The notes beneath the pieces are model-generated. The model did no database searches and had not been told where the DNA came from. It saw only the letters and a list, made by a program, of their open reading frames with translations. This document shows, piece after piece, positions 44,709 to 54,341 of a stretch of 64,000 bases of DNA (the first letter of the stretch is position 1; every line of letters begins with the position of its first letter). The stretch lies in IMG/VR virus record IMGVR_UViG_3300021060_000011, positions 61,104-125,103 of that record. The stretch is one strand, 5' to 3'. The stretch comes from a virus. Taxonomy: Duplodnaviria > Caudoviricetes. Made by a program: the position numbers and the translations under genes.

Positions 44709-46408
44709 GCAGCCGCCGCCTGCGCGAGGTACCGCTCGGCCAGCATCTTGATCCGGCTCTCGTCGCTGTAGACCTGCACCACGCCGGCCATTGGGTCCGT
44801 TATGCCTCGGGCCTGCGAGTGCTTGAGTCCGCAGATCTCAGTGACGACGGGGTCCGAGCCCTCGTCGGCGACGAGGTAGATGGCGTCGACGCCGTCGGCG
44901 AGCTGGCCCGGCCGGTCCACGCGGCCGATGACCTGCTCGTGCACCTTCGGGGACCAGTCGAGTTCACCGATCACCACCGTGAAGCACCGGGCCTGGAGGC
45001 CATCGAGCCCCGCGCCGGAGCGCAGGCTGATGATGAACAGGTCGGTCTCGCCGTTGATGAATCGGGCCTTCTCCCGATCCTTCGCGGCGGTCGTCTCGCT
45101 GCCCGTGTACATCGCAGGCCGGTAGGCCTCGAGCTCCTTCAGCCAGATGTCGTAGACGGCCCGATGCCAGCCCGCGAGCAGAACGGGCAGGCCTGCATCG
45201 AGCAGGATCCGGACGAAGGCCGCGACGTGCCGAGCCTTGGCCACGCCGGTGACCTGCCGCGCCAGAGCATCCAGCTCGCGCGCCGCCTGCCCGCGCTCCA
45301 TGAAGCTGCCGGTCGTGACCTTCAGCGCGAGCGCACGGGCGAGGTCCATGGCGTCGGCCGCCACAGCCTCATCGTAGGGCACCTCCCGGATGATGGTGTT
45401 CACCGGCTTGCCCGACCGCAGCCGGCGCAGGAGGACGTGCTGGTCGCGGAGGTAGGCGCCGAGTGCGTTCGGGTCCTTCACGATCCACTTGCCCATCCCG
45501 CGCGAGGTGCACCACTCGCGTAGGAAGTCGTCGCGCGAACCGAGGATGCCGGGGGCGATCAGCTGGATGATCGGGAAGATCTCGTCGCCATAGTTGTAGA
45601 CCGGGGTCGCCGAGAGGCCGATGCGCAGGCCGGTGGCGTGAACCGAGAACGCTTTGCCCGCCCTGCCCTTCGCGGTCTTTGGTCCGGTGCGCAGGTCCTG
45701 GATTTCGTCGAAGATCACGGACCGGAAGATGCCCGTGGCGGCGACGTCGACCCACCCGGCGATGTTGGAATACCGGAAGATGTAGAGGTCGGCCTCGGGG
45801 AGGCTGTACGGCTTCGTGCCGTCGATCACGTGCACCCGCAGGTGCGTGAACTTCTCAGCGTAGCCCGCCCACTGGGTCGCGAGGTGCGCAGGCACGATCA
45901 CGGCCGCCGGCAGGAACGCCGGGTCGGCCACCGCGCCGAGGGCGGTGACGGTCTTGCCCAGGCCGACGTCGTCACCGAGCAGGATGCGCCGCAGCCGCCG
46001 CGTCACCTCGATCGCCTGTGCCTGGTAGCCGTAGGGCGCCATCCCGTCCCGGAAGCCGGTGAAGGCCGGCGGCGTCCAGTCCGGCAGCAGGATCTCCTCG
46101 ACGGCGTCGATGTCTCGCTCGAACAGGGTCTTGCCCGACACCAGCGTCATGCGGTCGGCGGCCGACATTGCCATCGGGTAGCGGCCGAGGAACCAAAGGA
46201 GGTCGGCGCAGGCTTCCGGCGTGTGGGCGAAGGCGAACGTCTCCGTCTGCGTCTTGGGCAGCCGGGCGAAATTCTGCTTCAGCCGCAAGGCCACGTGCGG
46301 CGGGACGCCGGTCATCGTCCACTTCGCGGCGGCGACGTCGAGGACGAGCTGACCGTAGAGGCGACGCGGCGCGGCCTCGTCGAGGGGGAGAGCAAGTGCG
46401 GCGCTCAC
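44705..46408 (-). CDS. SNF2-family helicase/ATPase
   Basis: LGDDVGLGKT, DEIQ, LSATP, SLRSG.GLDG, E.DWSP..HEQ..GR..RPGQ. Confidence 0.92.
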   Translation of the reverse strand: MSAALALPLDEAAPRRLYGQLVLDVAAAKWTMTGVPPHVALRLKQNFARLPKTQTETFAFAHTPEACADLLWFLGRYPMAMSAADRMTLVSGKTLFERDIDAVEEILLPDWTPPAFTGFRDGMAPYGYQAQAIEVTRRLRRILLGDDVGLGKTVTALGAVADPAFLPAAVIVPAHLATQWAGYAEKFTHLRVHVIDGTKPYSLPEADLYIFRYSNIAGWVDVAATGIFRSVIFDEIQDLRTGPKTAKGRAGKAFSVHATGLRIGLSATPVYNYGDEIFPIIQLIAPGILGSRDDFLREWCTSRGMGKWIVKDPNALGAYLRDQHVLLRRLRSGKPVNTIIREVPYDEAVAADAMDLARALALKVTTGSFMERGQAARELDALARQVTGVAKARHVAAFVRILLDAGLPVLLAGWHRAVYDIWLKELEAYRPAMYTGSETTAAKDREKARFINGETDLFIISLRSGAGLDGLQARCFTVVIGELDWSPKVHEQVIGRVDRPGQLADGVDAIYLVADEGSDPVVTEICGLKHSQARGITDPMAGVVQVYSDESRIKMLAERYLAQAAAA

Positions 46409-46764
46409 AGCCAGGCCTTTCCGAGCGAGAGGACGTAGGTGGGCTTCGTGATGCCGGGCAGCGTCACGCTGACCGACGTCGCCAGGATCAGCGCGTCCAC
46501 ATCGGGGTGTTCGCAGTACCGAACGACCTGCCGGTGGATCGCGCGTTTCCCGCCCGCCAGCTTCACCTCGATGGCGATGCGACCGCACATCACGTCGACG
46601 ATGCCGGCGTCGCCCAGGCGTACCTCGCGCGCGGCCGGGATTCCGGCCGCGATCAGAACGGCCGCGATCTCGGCCTGGGTTGTCTTCTCGTTCGAGAGCG
46701 AGAATCGGTGGCCGCGCAGGACGGTGACTATGGCGGCGAAGTCCGCTGGAGGCTCGTGGGTCAC
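46405..46764 (-). CDS. PD-(D/E)XK nuclease-like protein
   Basis: E...Q..I, REV.L, VD....IAIEVK, RQ..RY. Confidence 0.7.
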   Translation of the reverse strand: MTHEPPADFAAIVTVLRGHRFSLSNEKTTQAEIAAVLIAAGIPAAREVRLGDAGIVDVMCGRIAIEVKLAGGKRAIHRQVVRYCEHPDVDALILATSVSVTLPGITKPTYVLSLGKAWL

Positions 46765-47594
46765 GTGGCGGCTCCGCGGCGGTCGAGGTTCGAGGTGAGG
46801 CGGCTCAGCTCGCCGAGTTGGTGGGGCTGGATCCGGAACTCCATGAGCTCCGCGTCGGGCGGTACCGGCTCCAGCACGTCACGGTGGGGTGCCGGCGGGT
46901 TGGGCCGGGGCCGGTCCGGATCGTGCTCGTCCATCCGGCGAATGCCCTTGGCGAACTCTGCCAGGGCGTTCGCCACCTCCTGCTTCTCCGCATCCGTTGG
47001 CGGATCGGGGATCACCGTGGCTTCGAGCACGCGGCGGAGCTTAAGCTGCTTGAGGCGGGTCGGGATCATGCCAGCGCGCACCTCGGCGACGAACTCGCCA
47101 GGGTTCGGGCGGAAGGTCCCATCCCAGTCCAGGATCGTCGTACGCGTCCGGAACCGCTGCGCGGCGGCCTCAACGAGCCAGACCGGATAGTACGGGCTAT
47201 CGGCCCGGTCGGGCGGTACCCGGAGCGCATCCAGGAACTCGCCGTTCAGCAGGGCGGTGTTCGCCGCGCTCTGCCCCCGGCCCTTGTCGAAGCCGAGGAG
47301 GAGCCGGGACACCACTACCTCGAGGGCGGTTCGAGTCGTCCACTCCCTCCCCTTGTTGTCGCGCCACTCTTCGTTACGCGGCTCAAGATCGGCCGCCAGC
47401 CGCTCGGCCACGGCGGAGAGCTGCCGCCGCTCCTGGGTCGTAGGTGCCATGGCGCGCGATACCAAGAAGCTGTTCGGATGGCCGGGCGCCTCCACCAGCC
47501 GCCCATGGAACTCCTCGATCCTCGCCTCGACTGCCTTCCGGCTCACCGTCGACGATGAGGAGGTCGTCGTCACCGGGGCCACGTCCTGCCGCAT
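46761..47594 (-). CDS. Replication-associated protein (loader-position)
   Basis: Follows the initiator; F.P.P.E motif. Confidence 0.5.
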   Translation of the reverse strand: MRQDVAPVTTTSSSSTVSRKAVEARIEEFHGRLVEAPGHPNSFLVSRAMAPTTQERRQLSAVAERLAADLEPRNEEWRDNKGREWTTRTALEVVVSRLLLGFDKGRGQSAANTALLNGEFLDALRVPPDRADSPYYPVWLVEAAAQRFRTRTTILDWDGTFRPNPGEFVAEVRAGMIPTRLKQLKLRRVLEATVIPDPPTDAEKQEVANALAEFAKGIRRMDEHDPDRPRPNPPAPHRDVLEPVPPDAELMEFRIQPHQLGELSRLTSNLDRRGAAT

Positions 47595-48423
47595 CGGAAT
47601 CTCCCTGGAGCTTGGCGCTGAGCTGGATCAGGCGGGCGGCCTGACCGGTGGGGGCCTGTTCGAAGGCCGGGTGTCGGGGGCCTAGGGTGCCGGCGAGCTG
47701 TTCCTTGCGGAGCCGGAGCTGGGCCTGGATCCACATCGTCGGATCGACGACCTCCCGCCGGTCCGCCTCCTCGATGAGCGCCGCCACGATGGTCAGCTCG
47801 TCGTTGGTCTGGCTGAGCCACGCGGCGATGGCGGCTCGGGCCGAGTGATCGCTGCGGCCGGTGATGGCGCACAGCGCCCGAACCGCCCGATCTACCTCCC
47901 GGCGACGGGCCGCCCGTGCCTCGGCCTGTTCGTCGCGTTGCTCCACCGCTGGGCTCGGGCCCGCCGCGAGGTGAGCATCTCCCGTCAGGTTCGCCTGACG
48001 GTTCCCCTGATGGTTCTCTGACGGTTCAAACGTAGTGAGCCCGGCACTTCGTGCCGCTTGCTCGGCGTCAGTTGCCGGTTGCTTGGAGCGACGTGCCGGT
48101 TGGTTGGAACCAGGTGCCGGCTGGTCAGGCGGCACCTCCTGCCGGGTGTTGCTCCCGGCGAGATCCAGGGTCAGGACGTCGCTCTGGCGAGACCCATCCC
48201 GGCGGCGGCGTACCTCGCGGATTAGCAGTCCCATGGCTTCGAGGCCCGCGACCGCGTTGCGGACGGCGCGAAGCGAGAACTCCGTGTCGATCGCGAGCTG
48301 CTCCTGGGAGGGCCAGGCGCGACCGGTGGCATCCGCATAGTCGGCGATGGCCACGAGGACCGCCTTGAGGGTCGGCGAGCCCGTTCGCACGGTCTTCGCC
48401 CATGCGTGTGCTTGGACTGACAT
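47383..48423 (-). CDS. Phage replication initiator with N-terminal HTH
   Basis: MS..A..WA, K.VL.AIADYAD..G.AWPSQ..LA; internal iterons. Confidence 0.8.
   Translation of the reverse strand: MSVQAHAWAKTVRTGSPTLKAVLVAIADYADATGRAWPSQEQLAIDTEFSLRAVRNAVAGLEAMGLLIREVRRRRDGSRQSDVLTLDLAGSNTRQEVPPDQPAPGSNQPARRSKQPATDAEQAARSAGLTTFEPSENHQGNRQANLTGDAHLAAGPSPAVEQRDEQAEARAARRREVDRAVRALCAITGRSDHSARAAIAAWLSQTNDELTIVAALIEEADRREVVDPTMWIQAQLRLRKEQLAGTLGPRHPAFEQAPTGQAARLIQLSAKLQGDSDAAGRGPGDDDLLIVDGEPEGSRGEDRGVPWAAGGGARPSEQLLGIARHGTYDPGAAAALRRGRAAGGRS
47988..48124. repeat. Putative lytic origin: four 21-bp-period iterons plus GGTTC repeats
   Basis: KTGCCGSYTG at 48051, 48072, 48093, 48114; GGTTCNNCTGA repeats at 47988-48027. 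Confidence 0.65.
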
Positions 48424-48428
48424 GGCGC

Positions 48429-49037
48429 CTACTCTCCGGTCTCTTGGGGTGAGGCCGGTTCGGCGGCGAGCAGATCCGCTTCGATGTTGCCTACGAAGAG
48501 AGGATGGACCTCATCGAGCGCACGATCCCCCTTCCCGCTGTTGCAGTCTGAGCAGGCTGTGATGAGGTTGCTGATCCTGTTCTTACCTCCGCTTGCGCGC
48601 GGCACGATGTGATCGCACTCCAACACGACTGAGGGAGCTTTCCGACCGCAGTACTGGCAAGCGAATCCGTCCCGCTTGAAGACCTCGAAACGAGCGGTCT
48701 TTGCGATTTTGGCGCGGCTTACCGAGCCTTCAGACTCATCAACCGCAGCAGGTCGCGAGACGGGGGGGACTGCGAGCTCAAGAATGAGCCGATCGCTGGT
48801 CCGGCCGCCATCCTGCCGGCGGCGCTCCTCGCACCGCAGGAGCTTCAGGTCCTCCAGGAGGGCCATGGCCTGCCGGATCGCCCGAGGCTTAAACTCGGTG
48901 TACTCGGCGAGCGCCCGCTGGCTCGGGAAGGCTGAGCCGTGCTCGTCGGCGTAGTCCGCGATCGCGAGAAGGACGGCCTTCGCTGTCGCGTTTCCGACCG
49001 TGTGGGTCTTCGCCCACTTGCGTGCTTCGACGCTCAT
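48429..49037 (-). CDS. HTH-HNH endonuclease fusion
   Basis: RFEVFKRD.F.CQYCG, DHIVP...GG.N...NL.TAC.DCN.GK; N-terminus paralogous to the initiator. Confidence 0.9.
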   Translation of the reverse strand: MSVEARKWAKTHTVGNATAKAVLLAIADYADEHGSAFPSQRALAEYTEFKPRAIRQAMALLEDLKLLRCEERRRQDGGRTSDRLILELAVPPVSRPAAVDESEGSVSRAKIAKTARFEVFKRDGFACQYCGRKAPSVVLECDHIVPRASGGKNRISNLITACSDCNSGKGDRALDEVHPLFVGNIEADLLAAEPASPQETGE

Positions 49038-49723
49038 GCGGCGGCTCCATTGATCCCGAAGAGGGTGGCCTGACGGGCATCGACACGATCAAGCATCCGT
49101 AGAACCGTCTCGCCGCGATGCGCCCGGTCCCAGACGAACCAGGCGTTCAGCATCGGCGGGGCGCCCTGCCCGGTGAAATCGATCTTCCAGCGCATGAGGT
49201 AGACGCGGGCCGGAGGGTGCTTCTCCCAGAACCGCGCCAACCCGCCGGCGCCTGGGAAGCCCCAGTTCATCAGCAGGGCCATGTACTCGACGTCGAGGGT
49301 ATCGAGCGCGTGGTAGAGCCAGCGCGCTCGCCCGTTCCCCCAGCCGCATTCGGAGAAGGGCGGGTTGGTGAGGATCGCCGGACCCATGGCCGTCTCGAAG
49401 TCGTAGAAGGACCGGATGGTGGCCCCGCATCCGCGATCGATCAGGTCCGAGGCGACGACGTCGAATCCCATGGTCTCCATCTCGCGGACCATGGCCCCGT
49501 CACCGGCGGCGGGCTCCCAGATGGTGCCGAAGTCCCGCAAGCGCTCGCCCTCCGCCGCGAGGATCGCGCGCGTGGGATCGGGCGGCGTGGGGTAGAAATC
49601 GTCCTTCTCCCGGTCCAGCGCGTCGCTGAGCGTGATCTCGCCGGTGATCAGATCGCGGACGTGGACCGGCTTCGGTTTCTTGCCGGTGGCGCGGAACAGA
49701 CCGCGTGCCGTTGGGGCGCTCAT
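49034..49723 (-). CDS. SAM-dependent DNA methyltransferase-like protein
   Basis: DFYPTP, WEPA.G.G, ILTNPPF, AWFVW. Confidence 0.85.
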   Translation of the reverse strand: MSAPTARGLFRATGKKPKPVHVRDLITGEITLSDALDREKDDFYPTPPDPTRAILAAEGERLRDFGTIWEPAAGDGAMVREMETMGFDVVASDLIDRGCGATIRSFYDFETAMGPAILTNPPFSECGWGNGRARWLYHALDTLDVEYMALLMNWGFPGAGGLARFWEKHPPARVYLMRWKIDFTGQGAPPMLNAWFVWDRAHRGETVLRMLDRVDARQATLFGINGAAA

Positions 49724-50259
49724 GCTGCTTGCATCCCCACCTCGGCGACGCGCGCGAAGACGATTCGCACTGCGTCGGGCCGGTCGTTTCGGAGGCTGGT
49801 GACGTGCCGGACGTACCGCTTGCCGTCGTCGGCGATGATCCCGATCTGCTTTGCCGCATCAATCAGCGGCTTGGCGTAGGCGTCCGTGTCGCCCTCGGCC
49901 GCCATCAGGTGGATGGTGACGTCGGCGCGGCCGACGATCCGGCCGGGGAACTGGAGCGCACCAAGGCGCACGGCATCGGCGCGCCACCGGCGGTACCGGT
50001 GGGTCTTCAGCCGGCCGACGCCGGGCTTGTTGAAGTAGAGGTTGTTCACCCCCGGCGGCATCGGCAGCTCGATCTCGACGGTCTCGGCCACGGGCCGGTC
50101 GGTCCACTCGGGGCGCAGCTCGCATTTCGGCGTGCGCGAGCGAGGCGTGGGCAGTGCAGGGCGGCGCGCCGCCTCGTCCCGCCTGAGGCGGGCGAGGACG
50201 CCGGCCGGGCCCAGGGCGCGGAGGTCGGCAGCGGTGATGAGCGGAACGGCCGGCCTCAT
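49720..50259 (-). CDS. rusA: RusA-like Holliday junction resolvase
   Basis: LP.PP..N.LY, D.D...K...D.....I..DD. Confidence 0.8.
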   Translation of the reverse strand: MRPAVPLITAADLRALGPAGVLARLRRDEAARRPALPTPRSRTPKCELRPEWTDRPVAETVEIELPMPPGVNNLYFNKPGVGRLKTHRYRRWRADAVRLGALQFPGRIVGRADVTIHLMAAEGDTDAYAKPLIDAAKQIGIIADDGKRYVRHVTSLRNDRPDAVRIVFARVAEVGMQAA

Positions 50260-50816
50260 GCGGCCCTCCAGGTTTGTGAGGTCTCGGGGCCAAGCAGCCC
50301 GTCACAGGCAGGGCGGATGAACTGCTCGCGGATCGCGCGCTCGGCGACGTGAGCCAGGACGACCTTGTTCGAGGGCTGCAGGGTGTAGACCCTGCCCGCC
50401 CCGCTCATCACGCTGACGATGAGGGTTTCACCCGCTTCGAGCGCCGCCAGGAGTGCCAGGGTGGCGCGCGTCGTCCCGACCGGGGGAACCCGGACCACGA
50501 CCGCCTCTTCCTGGCGAGCGCAGTACTGCTCAGGGACCGGCGCGGCGACGCTGCAGGCCGCGTTCCACTCCGCGTCGCTGACGGACCAAGCCCGACGACG
50601 GTTGTCCGCCGCGATCCGGAGCTGCACCTCCGAAAGCCAATGCTCGATGCGTCGAGCGGCATGGGCCCCCGGGACGATGTACGTCCACAGCTCCGCTGCC
50701 GGACGGCAGTTCGGGAAGGTTAGCCGGAGGGAGCGAAGGATCCACCAGCGCCAAGGGAGCGCCACCTTCAGCCCGCCGAACCCTTCAGTGATCATGATTT
50801 CGCTAGGCCGGTCCAT
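50256..50816 (-). CDS. Hypothetical protein
   Basis: Ends DGLLG...SQTWRAA; coupled. Confidence 0.55.
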   Translation of the reverse strand: MDRPSEIMITEGFGGLKVALPWRWWILRSLRLTFPNCRPAAELWTYIVPGAHAARRIEHWLSEVQLRIAADNRRRAWSVSDAEWNAACSVAAPVPEQYCARQEEAVVVRVPPVGTTRATLALLAALEAGETLIVSVMSGAGRVYTLQPSNKVVLAHVAERAIREQFIRPACDGLLGPETSQTWRAA

Positions 50817-50821
50817 GGCGC

Positions 50822-51097
50822 CTACACCATGCCCAGGGCTTGCATGTAGAGTTCGAGGATCGCTTCCTCTTCCTGACGCTCGGCGTGGTCCTTCTTGCGC
50901 AGGGAAATGATCTTACGCAGGGCCTTCACGTCGAAGCCGGTGCCCTTCGCCTCCGAGTAAACGTCCTTGATGTCGGAGGCTAAGCCGGCTTTCTCTTCTT
51001 CGAGGCGCTCAATGCGCTCGATGAAGGATTTTAGTTGATCGGCGGCAACAGAAGAGGCGTCCACGGCTGGACTAGCCGCAGTATTTGCGCTATTCAT
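50822..51097 (-). CDS. gapR: GapR-family (DUF2312) DNA-binding protein
   Basis: [55 protein letters not shown]. Confidence 0.95.
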   Translation of the reverse strand: MNSANTAASPAVDASSVAADQLKSFIERIERLEEEKAGLASDIKDVYSEAKGTGFDVKALRKIISLRKKDHAERQEEEAILELYMQALGMV

Positions 51098-51172
51098 TTC
51101 TCAACTCCAACAGTCACTTAGTCACAACCGCTCGGCCCCCGATCGCCAAATCCGGGCCGGGCGGTTTTCGTT
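51068..51172 (+). ncRNA. Putative antisense sRNA (promoter plus terminator) covering the gapR RBS
   Basis: TGGACT-17-TATTCA; hairpin ACCGCTCGGCCC/GGGCCGGGCGGT followed by TTTCGTTT. Confidence 0.45.
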
Positions 51173-51176
51173 TGGG

Positions 51177-51584
51177 CTAGGGGGGCGTGGCCTTGAACCG
51201 GGGCTCGCCGCGGGACCGCAGATCCTGGCGGCTGATGGCGTCGCCACCCTCCGGGCGGCAGTGGACGAGGAGCAGCGGGGCGCCCTGCACAGTGTCGGAG
51301 TCCTGGCACTGGAGTGCGCTGACTGCCGCCCCCATGCGGAGCTTCGTGAGGGCGCTCGACAGGTCCATAAGGGCCTCCCGATTCAGACGGAGCCTCACCC
51401 GCGCGGCGAGGTCGTTCGATCCCGCATGCCGCAGTGCGGGGTTCTCAGCCATGATCGCGTCGACAACAGCCTCGATCTGCACCTCGTGCGGCACGCCGTA
51501 TGGATTGCACGAACGCAGGAGCACCGCGGGCGCGGGCGCGGGTGCAAGGTCGTCATGGCTGAGCTCTACGGCCTGGTGCATCAT
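51177..51584 (-). CDS. Hypothetical protein
   Basis: GGAG RBS; in the early-right operon. Confidence 0.5.
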   Translation of the reverse strand: MMHQAVELSHDDLAPAPAPAVLLRSCNPYGVPHEVQIEAVVDAIMAENPALRHAGSNDLAARVRLRLNREALMDLSSALTKLRMGAAVSALQCQDSDTVQGAPLLLVHCRPEGGDAISRQDLRSRGEPRFKATPP

Positions 51585-51836
51585 CCGCTCTCCTCGATCC
51601 TGGCAGCGATCAGTCTCGGGCCTCGGCGGCGGAGCGGCCGCCGGTACGGGCCCACAGGCGCGGGTCCCATTCGGGTGGGCGCTCGACGCAGCCCGGGGCA
51701 GGCGGGTCAACCATGTCGGCGGCGGCGTAACAGACGATGGTGGCGCGCTGGCCGGCGCGCGCGACGACACGGCCAAAGCCGCGGATCACCCAGCCGATGA
51801 CGTGGCGGGCGATGAGGAGGAGGCCACCGGTACGCA

Positions 51837-52268
51837 TTACTTGCCTCCGTCGATAAGGGACTGCAGCTCGGCGATCTGGGCTTTCAGCCGCTCCCGCTGC
51901 TGCTCGCGGGCAGCGCGCACGGCCCAGGCCGGGGGCTTCTTCATCACCGCGCACAGGAATTCGGCCCCGTAGGCGTCGAGCAGGCGGAGCATTGCCCACG
52001 CGCTCGGGGCCGAGCCCCGTTCCAGCCACTTCGCCACCGTGTTGGGGCTGATGCGGGTGTCGGCCCCGACGTTGTCGGCCGTCTTCGTCGGGTAGAGGCC
52101 GACCAGGAAAGCGACGAGGCTCTCCTGGACAACTGTCCGCTCGAGAGCACCCACGCGGGCTGCACCGGCACCCAACTGGGCGGCGACGCCATGCGACTTT
52201 CCCGAGGGCTTCTCCGATGCTGCGTGCATCGGGTTCAGCCGAGATGAGGAGAGCGAAGCGGTGGTCAT
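51837..52268 (-). CDS. CII-position HTH protein
   Basis: YP.KTA..V.ADT.I...TV.KWL...S.P, C-terminal coiled coil. Confidence 0.65.
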   Translation of the reverse strand: MTTASLSSSRLNPMHAASEKPSGKSHGVAAQLGAGAARVGALERTVVQESLVAFLVGLYPTKTADNVGADTRISPNTVAKWLERGSAPSAWAMLRLLDAYGAEFLCAVMKKPPAWAVRAAREQQRERLKAQIAELQSLIDGGK

Positions 52269-52629
52269 TCTAGCGGCTCCCGAGTTGGGACGGGCTTCGC
52301 GGCACGCGGGCACGTTCGAGCAGGCCCACCGGGCCGGATCGATCGCGGGTGAGGAAAGGGGCCGGGGCACCGACGCCCCGGCCAAGTCCAAGGGAGGAAT
52401 CGCCCGCGCACGCCATGCGAGGGCTGCCCACACCAAGGGCCTCGGACGTCCCGGAGGACGAGTTCAGGCGGGCGGCGCTCACAGCGAGCGCACCCAGATG
52501 CAGAAATGCACGATGCCTACCGCCCAGTCGGCGAGGCCGATAAAGAGCGCGCGGCGGGAGCCAGTCATGATGGCCACGCCCAGGCCGATGATGGCGAGGA
52601 TCGCGAAGAGGAAGGCGAACCAAGCCATG

Positions 52630-52923
52630 TCAGTTCACCGCCTGGGAGCCAGCAGCATCCATCGTGACGACCTGCACCTCGCCGGTGCGATGGGCGACGA
52701 CGGACGCGTCCAGAGCCTCGTGGGCCATTTTCAGCAGCGCATCGCCGAAGGCGGTATCCGGATGTTCGGCGATCAGCGAGCCGACGACGTTGGCAACGGC
52801 GGTGATCACCGCTTGGCCGTCGATAGTGGGGCCGCCGAGCCGGGGATCGAGAGAGTGGACGGTTTCAGCGTGCCCTTCGATCGCGCCCATAATCGCGCAG
52901 GTAAGGCAGGTGCAAGCCATCAC
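52630..52923 (-). CDS. Hypothetical protein
   Basis: Coupled to cro; CxCxxC. Confidence 0.5.
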   Translation of the reverse strand: MMACTCLTCAIMGAIEGHAETVHSLDPRLGGPTIDGQAVITAVANVVGSLIAEHPDTAFGDALLKMAHEALDASVVAHRTGEVQVVTMDAAGSQAVN

Positions 52924-53180
52924 GCGGCGCTCGCTTCATCAGCGTCAGCCGTTTTCGCCGGTCGCGAGACCCCATCGGGCCATTCCGCTCCCTCAGGCCA
53001 GTGATTGGAAAGCCAGTGCAGAGCCTTCTCGTATCGCGTGACCTGAATATCGGCTCCGTTCTCGAGCGCGCCGAGCTTCTTGGAGTCGCCAAAAAGGCGC
53101 CAGCTCAGCGCGGTTGTCTTAAGACCGCTCAGCTGCCGGTAGGTTCTGGCGACGAGGAGGAATTGGGCGATCGCGCTCAT
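52920..53180 (-). CDS. Cro-like repressor
   Basis: Divergent from cI; LS.R.FGDSK.L..L..G.D, WP....WP..V.RP. Confidence 0.8.
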   Translation of the reverse strand: MSAIAQFLLVARTYRQLSGLKTTALSWRLFGDSKKLGALENGADIQVTRYEKALHWLSNHWPEGAEWPDGVSRPAKTADADEASAA

Positions 53181-53192
53181 GCGCCAACAATT

Positions 53193-53264
53193 CGGTCATT
53201 CTACCGGAATTGTCAACGGTCACGTTACCGGATGCCACCCGCTCCATCAGCGGTCACATTACCG
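53193..53264. promoter_or_regulatory. Right operator: three CGGTCA-N3-TACCG sites
   Basis: 53193-53206, 53217-53230, 53251-53264; TTGACA on the minus strand at 53216-53211. Confidence 0.85.
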
Positions 53265-53267
53265 GGC

Positions 53268-54008
53268 ATGGACAAGGTCTATCTTCTCGCCCGAATCGAG
53301 GAGCGTCTTAGGGCGCTCGGCCTATCAGCGGATGCAGCATCCCGAGCCGCAGGAAAACCCGACTCGATCCGCAATTTGAAGCGGGCTGTGAAAAATGGCG
53401 ACCGCCAGGGGGTGGCGATGGCCACCTTGAGTGCACTCGCGCCTGTCCTGGGAACCACCGTCGCTTACCTACTCGGTGAAGAGCAGAATGATGGCCCGGC
53501 GGATCGGGTTGTCGAAGGGCGTCGGCCAGCGTCCATCGCGGTAGTTGGCAAATTGGCGGCTGGCGTGTTTCGCGAGGTAGTCGAGCACGACGATGGGGAA
53601 CCGGAATACATCTTCGATGAACCCGACCCCGAGTTCCCAAATGCTCGGCAAATTGCTTTCACCGTCGAAGGAGATTCGCTCAACGATCTTAAGCCACGCC
53701 CTATATTGGACGGCGATAAAGTCATATGTGTTGACTTTGAAGATACTGGATTGCCGCTGATCGAGGGAATGATCGTTGTCGTTCAGCGTACTAGGGACAA
53801 CGGCATCACACTCGAATGGTCAGCGAAACAGGTTGAAATTCATCCTGGACGGACTGAATTTCATCCACGGTCAACCAACAAGGCCTTCAAGCCTATCGTC
53901 TATAGTGACGACCCGAATGCCGACAATGGCGAACGGGTCGAGGTGATCGCGCTAGTTCGGCGAACGTCGTACGCCCTGCCCAAGGCCCCTCCGCCTCGGC
54001 GACGATAA
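53268..54008 (+). CDS. cI: CI-like repressor (HTH plus S24 peptidase)
   Basis: N-terminal HTH, V.G..AAG cleavage site, V.GDS catalytic Ser, SAK Lys. Confidence 0.9.
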   Translation: MDKVYLLARIEERLRALGLSADAASRAAGKPDSIRNLKRAVKNGDRQGVAMATLSALAPVLGTTVAYLLGEEQNDGPADRVVEGRRPASIAVVGKLAAGVFREVVEHDDGEPEYIFDEPDPEFPNARQIAFTVEGDSLNDLKPRPILDGDKVICVDFEDTGLPLIEGMIVVVQRTRDNGITLEWSAKQVEIHPGRTEFHPRSTNKAFKPIVYSDDPNADNGERVEVIALVRRTSYALPKAPPPRRR

Positions 54009-54305
54009 ACTGCCCCCGATTAACTTGGCAGTCTCCGTAAGCCCAGCATCCGGCATGGCGCCTTCTTCCAGGGGCTCGTCGGCCATCAGCTGCCGCACGC
54101 CGATCAGGACCGAAATGGGGTTTTCACACGCCTCGCAGGGATAGAGCTGCCGGTTCAGCAGGTTGCTCTCCAACAGCTCCTCAACATCGGCCGGGGCGTC
54201 GGAATGGTCCGGGGAGATCAGCTCCCTAGCCATGATCGTTCGGCAATTTGCGCATCTGAAACGCAGCACGAAGCGTGCCCGAACAGTTGACATCTCGGGG
54301 CTCAA
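53952..54305 (-). CDS. LexA-boxed small Zn-ribbon protein (2x CxxC)
   Basis: CANC and CEAC motifs; LexA box upstream. Confidence 0.6.
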   Translation of the reverse strand: MSPEMSTVRARFVLRFRCANCRTIMARELISPDHSDAPADVEELLESNLLNRQLYPCEACENPISVLIGVRQLMADEPLEEGAMPDAGLTETAKLIGGSLSSPRRRGLGQGVRRSPN

Positions 54306-54326
54306 TCGCTCTCTCCCAGTCCTTAT

Positions 54327-54341
54327 GTTCCTATTTTGTTC
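54327..54341. promoter_or_regulatory. LexA box
   Basis: GTTC-CTATTTT-GTTC. Confidence 0.85.

Noticed and set aside
44705-46764. Nuclease plus SNF2 as a defence system
   Set aside because: Translationally coupled within the phage replication operon, a common phage arrangement
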